Assembly (NCBI RefSeq): GCF_037042905.1
Contig: NC_087249.1
Coordinates: forward strand, 24,986,001-25,050,000
Length of the DNA: 64,000 nt
Source of the DNA: Lytechinus pictus
Taxonomy: Eukaryota
Direction of reading: 5' to 3'
In this document: positions 59,754-64,000 of the stretch, piece after piece
How the letters are laid out: each line of letters opens with the position of its first letter
How positions within the stretch are numbered: position 1 is the stretch's first letter
Notes under the pieces: model-generated
The model's input: the letters and a program-made list of their open reading frames with translations, nothing else
The model's database searches: none
What the model was told of the DNA's origin: nothing
Program-made: the position numbers and the translations under genes

Positions 59754-62700
59754 CTATGAAAAAAGAAAAAGCAAAAATGATCAGAAACCATGCCAAATTA
59801 TTTGCATTATCTCAAATGAATCTCACATCTTTCTGAGTGGACACCGACTGATATGATCTTTCAAAAACTGCTTAAAGGACACATAACGTCATTTTGAAAG
59901 AGTTACATTAACTTTTAGTTCAAGAACATATGAAGCGGTGCAGTATAAAATAAAGTGTGCTGCTAGAATATTTTTTTACTGTGATTCATCTAAATAGGTC
60001 ATATTGAACAGGCTACATTTTACTTTTAATTTTTACGCAGACACTTCTGAAAACAAATAATGTATTTCTAGCCAAGACAGGGAGGGGGATACATGTTTTA
60101 ACACACAAAGGATGCAGGTAATATTCTATAAATACATACCTTTTCATATATTAAGGTTCATGGAAATGCTCCTTTATTTTTTATACAATACCTATCTAAC
60201 ATAGACTTGCATGACTTTTATACTGCAACCATCAAATGATGAAATGAGATGTAAATACAGAAAGCCAAACACATGAAGCAGTTACCACAATGGTTTTGTT
60301 ATATATATCTTTTGAAATCTCATGCTCAATATGATGATCTGAATCACCTTGCATGGGCCCAAGGCTCTGCACTCAAGTCTCTGTTCAATTCAATTCTGAA
60401 TTTTTCAAACTATTTTTTCCATCAAAATACTAATCAATATAAAACTTTTATTAGGAATAGTTCCGATTTTATAAAGAATAAATTTGACACCAATAAACAT
60501 TGCAATCTTTGATTTGCATGATACATACTGTTCAATATATGCAATGCATATATCATCAAATACAAATTCTAACAATGCATCAAAATTTCATAAATAATAA
60601 TGACCTCTACCCTCATATAATTTTGGGGAAAGGAAATGACATGCACATACACTGAAAAACAGGTCGATGATATTGAATGAAATACAAATACATGTAGGCT
60701 TTTGTGTTATACCCTGCTTGTTTCCATTGTCTAATTAATCTCGTAACCCAAATTAAACAAATAATAAGGGCAGCTCAAAATATAATACATGTTCTGTGGC
60801 AATCTCACACCGTCTAAAAAGAGTCTCCTTAATTCCTGAGAGAATACTAGACAAAAGAATGTTGCTACTTGTGTCAATATGCTAAAATGAAGCTTTCTCT
60901 GAGCTGTCCTAATTTTTTTTTATTTTGAGATACAAATTCAACACCCCAGTGACAATATTTTGCATGTTTTACAAACACATTTTGCTTTAGTTTACCTAAG
61001 AATCAAACAGAAATAAACAAACTATCAAAATGACCTCAAATAAATTTACAGAAGCAAAATTAACATGACCGGAACACAAACCAGCAAACAATACATTGGA
61101 AAATATTAAAGACAAAATACACCCAGAATCAGTCAAGCTGATTCAAAAGAGTTGATTCAATAGAATAACGAAGTATAGACATCGAACAAACCAAACTATT
61201 TCTTGTATATTTTATCATACGAAATATGATATATTTTCCCTCTAACTTGAAATAAGGTATGATTCCTCTCCAAACAAGGCAAAAAATTATTTTTCTTTTA
61301 AACTTGGGGGGGGGGGGGGGGGGGGTGGGGGCTATTTTACAATATACCGCCTAAATCTAAAGCTTAAACATTGCAGTGAATGGACGTTTTCCAGAGCTTT
61401 TTTCCAATTTCCAAAGGATCTTTTGATCATTTCGAGCCGAAATCACCTTGAGCCTCCATGTAATATATTCCCTGCTCTGCACATGTGGAATTGCCATTGT
61501 GTAAAGTAACAGTTTGTGACAATAATGGAGCATTGCAATCAATTGCAAGTCAATTTTAGGTATTAAAATCAATCACAAATCTTTTGATTAAATGCAAATT
61601 TGCAATTGATTGCTGGTCTACATCTTGCATCAATAAAAATAAATTGATTTGCTTTAATGAAAACTGAGCTATTACTTATTGATTTGCAATTAATTGCAAA
61701 TATATTTTCTTGCAACACCCCCTAAGTCACTTTTTGTTGGGATGGAATTGAAGGTGAATGAAGACATCGAACAACATAGTACATTACATAACAATCAAAA
61801 CAACCCAAAAATCCTGCAACTCATGATGATCAAATAATATGATAGGACACTTATTCTGTTGTTTCATTCCATGGTTGAAAAAAAAAAGTATAACAGCAAG
61901 CAAACTACAAATGAGAGAAAGCAAAATGATAGCAAATGCTCTATATTTACATACTATAAGAAGCGATAAATGCAAAAATCAAATTACACATAAAAAAGGA
62001 AGATACATGCAAAAAACCATGATTCAAGAAAACATGCACAAACGAACTGAGCAGAAGACTTGAAAGTTAGAAAATTACCTTGTGCTGCTTTGATTGTTAG
62101 GATGTGCAAATGAAGAATGACTGGAAGATTACAAGTGCATTGTGGGTTAAAATAGAGAAACAAATCCGAGGATAGAACAAGGGTTTTTAAAATAAAGATG
62201 GCAAGAGTATAAGAAAGAAGAGTACATGAATGAGAAGGATTGAGAATAGGGAAAAACAGACAGGGAGAGAAGAAGACCGATGAAGAATAAGTTAAAGGTC
62301 TAGATAATATACATTCTAAAAGAAAAGCAATTGACGCAATAAGAAGAATCGATGGATTTTCAACGTGAGATTTTTCAATATTTAGCAACAAAGAATAATC
62401 TCCCAACAAGAGAGTCTGCATAATATCCAAATGTATAACTCTAGTAAAATGAAAGACACAATCAATATAAGAACAAATATTCCTTAAGACTAACATCTTT
62501 GATGAATTGTCTTGCCAATAAGGTAAAGAAAGGCTTGTGCATGGTTTTAACATATTTTCGTCAGCTATATCTTTGCAGTTTTGCTCCGACATTTCCAACA
62601 CAAATTTTATCCCTACGCTGAAATAATGATGCCATATTTGTTACTCACATTTCAAAACAATAAACATTAGAATCTCATATAAATTGAGAAAAGAATTTCA

Positions 62701-63556
62701 ATTTGACCCATCAATATGATAAACATGATGAAAAGATTATGATGAATATAAAGAAAATAGCATGCGAATGCCACTTCAAACTTTACAATCAAATCAAACC
62801 TATCAATGCGTAGAAATGCATACCAATTTGCTTTAGAAACATGTTCATTTCTGAAAGAAAAAAACATTTTTTTTTCAACTAACGTTGGTTAACAAAATTG
62901 AATCATCTCTAATACAAATTCTTATCCTTATGTAGAGTGCTTCGGGAAGAGTGCAATAAAAACAAGTATGATTATTACAATCGTAATTGTTACAATATAA
63001 GAACTGGACATGATCCAGCATCAGTTATGTGTACAATTCTACTTTCCTGGAAAATATGGTACTCATAAGATGATAATATATATCTATAAAAAGTTATGTC
63101 AATTCAATAATTTGTTCTTTCATCTGAATCTTTATTCACAAATACACCACTGTTGTAAAAGTTCTCTTTATTGATCTTTCATAATGAGCATTGACCCCAA
63201 AACGGTATAAGTAACATGTGGATCAGATCTACATGTAGGTCATAACAGATGTATGTCTTGTCAAAATTCACACATGTTATAAAAGAATCCCATGTGTTTT
63301 CACAGATTGCAAATGCAAATATGAATTCACATATATCCTTGGGTGCATCTTGGCAAACATGTATTTTCTATAAAAAAAAGTTTCCACTAAGAAAATAATA
63401 TAAAAGCTATAAGTAGTAACTATATTTCAATGAATGCAGAGCAGCATATTAATTTGTCAGTAGTGATGAATTCTAATCTAGTAAACTATGACCCCAGTAT
63501 TGTACAGGCAGAGGTTAAATGAACTGAATTGATATATTGATATGAGTTATGTTTAC

Positions 63557-64000
63557 CTTGCTCTTTCTGCTGCCGAGTTTTGCCTCTGGTATACTGGTCT
63601 CTGAGGAGGTTGAAGTGTAGGGCTGGTGCCAACTGGTTCATCATTGAAGCTTTGGCCAATCCCCGATGTCCTCATCAGACTACCCTCACTCTTGGACTTG
63701 GTCAAGGTCACACGAGGCGAGATTGGGAGTGTCGTCTCCTCACATTCATCCCTTTGGTTTTCTTGTCCAGTGACCACTCCACGAGCTGATACGAAAGACT
63801 GGTTTTTCGTCTCAGAGTTTGGATTCTGAGACCCCTTGGCAGGTGATTGAATGGTTGATAATGATAAGTGTGAGAGAGACACGTCCATTCCCAAGGATTC
63901 ATGCCTGAATGCCTTCGGGGTTGAGGACACTGCTATTCGTTGCTGTTCCAGACTGCTCTCTTTTGGGGTTACATAGTTTGTACTCTGGGAACCATATGGA
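63557..64000 (-). CDS. KIF24: Kinesin-13 (KIF24-like) Ser/Thr/Pro-rich linker exon, continuing beyond the window edge
   Basis: Frame open from the window edge (PYGSQSTNYVTPKESS...QRQNSAAERA(R)); donor AG|gtaaac; phase 2 joins the next exon. Confidence 0.75.

Overview
AT-rich, repeat-dense animal genomic DNA. The SINE and MITE style suggests an invertebrate deuterostome such as a sea urchin (inference, not proven). It holds three genes or gene parts. (1) A complete PIK3C3/Vps34 (class III PI3K) gene on +, with 19 coding exons from ATG 31520 to TAA 52499. All introns are GT-AG and phase-consistent, giving 2670 nt = 889 aa. (2) The last three coding exons of a kinesin-13 (KIF24-like) gene on -, entering from the right edge and converging on PIK3C3 (stop 59041). 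(3) The 5' part of an unrecognised spliced minus-strand gene starting near 25.7 kb, head-to-head with PIK3C3. Introns and intergenic DNA are filled with non-autonomous DNA transposons (TTAA-, TA-, 6-bp and 8-bp TSD types, several nested), three tRNA-derived SINEs, LINE 3' ends and a 249-N gap. The most unusual structures are: a 4x113-bp tandem array that places three near-perfect decoy copies of the PIK3C3 exon-17 acceptor plus exon start in front of the real one; two further local duplications of coding-exon fragments; an in-frame ~210-codon hydrophobic candidate alternative last exon in the kinesin gene; a degenerate minimal hammerhead-ribozyme motif; a 2.8-kb element with a ~120-bp array of GCGAAGC mini-hairpins; and a spacerless ~96-bp palindrome. 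No prokaryotic systems (CRISPR, rRNA, true tRNA genes) are evident.
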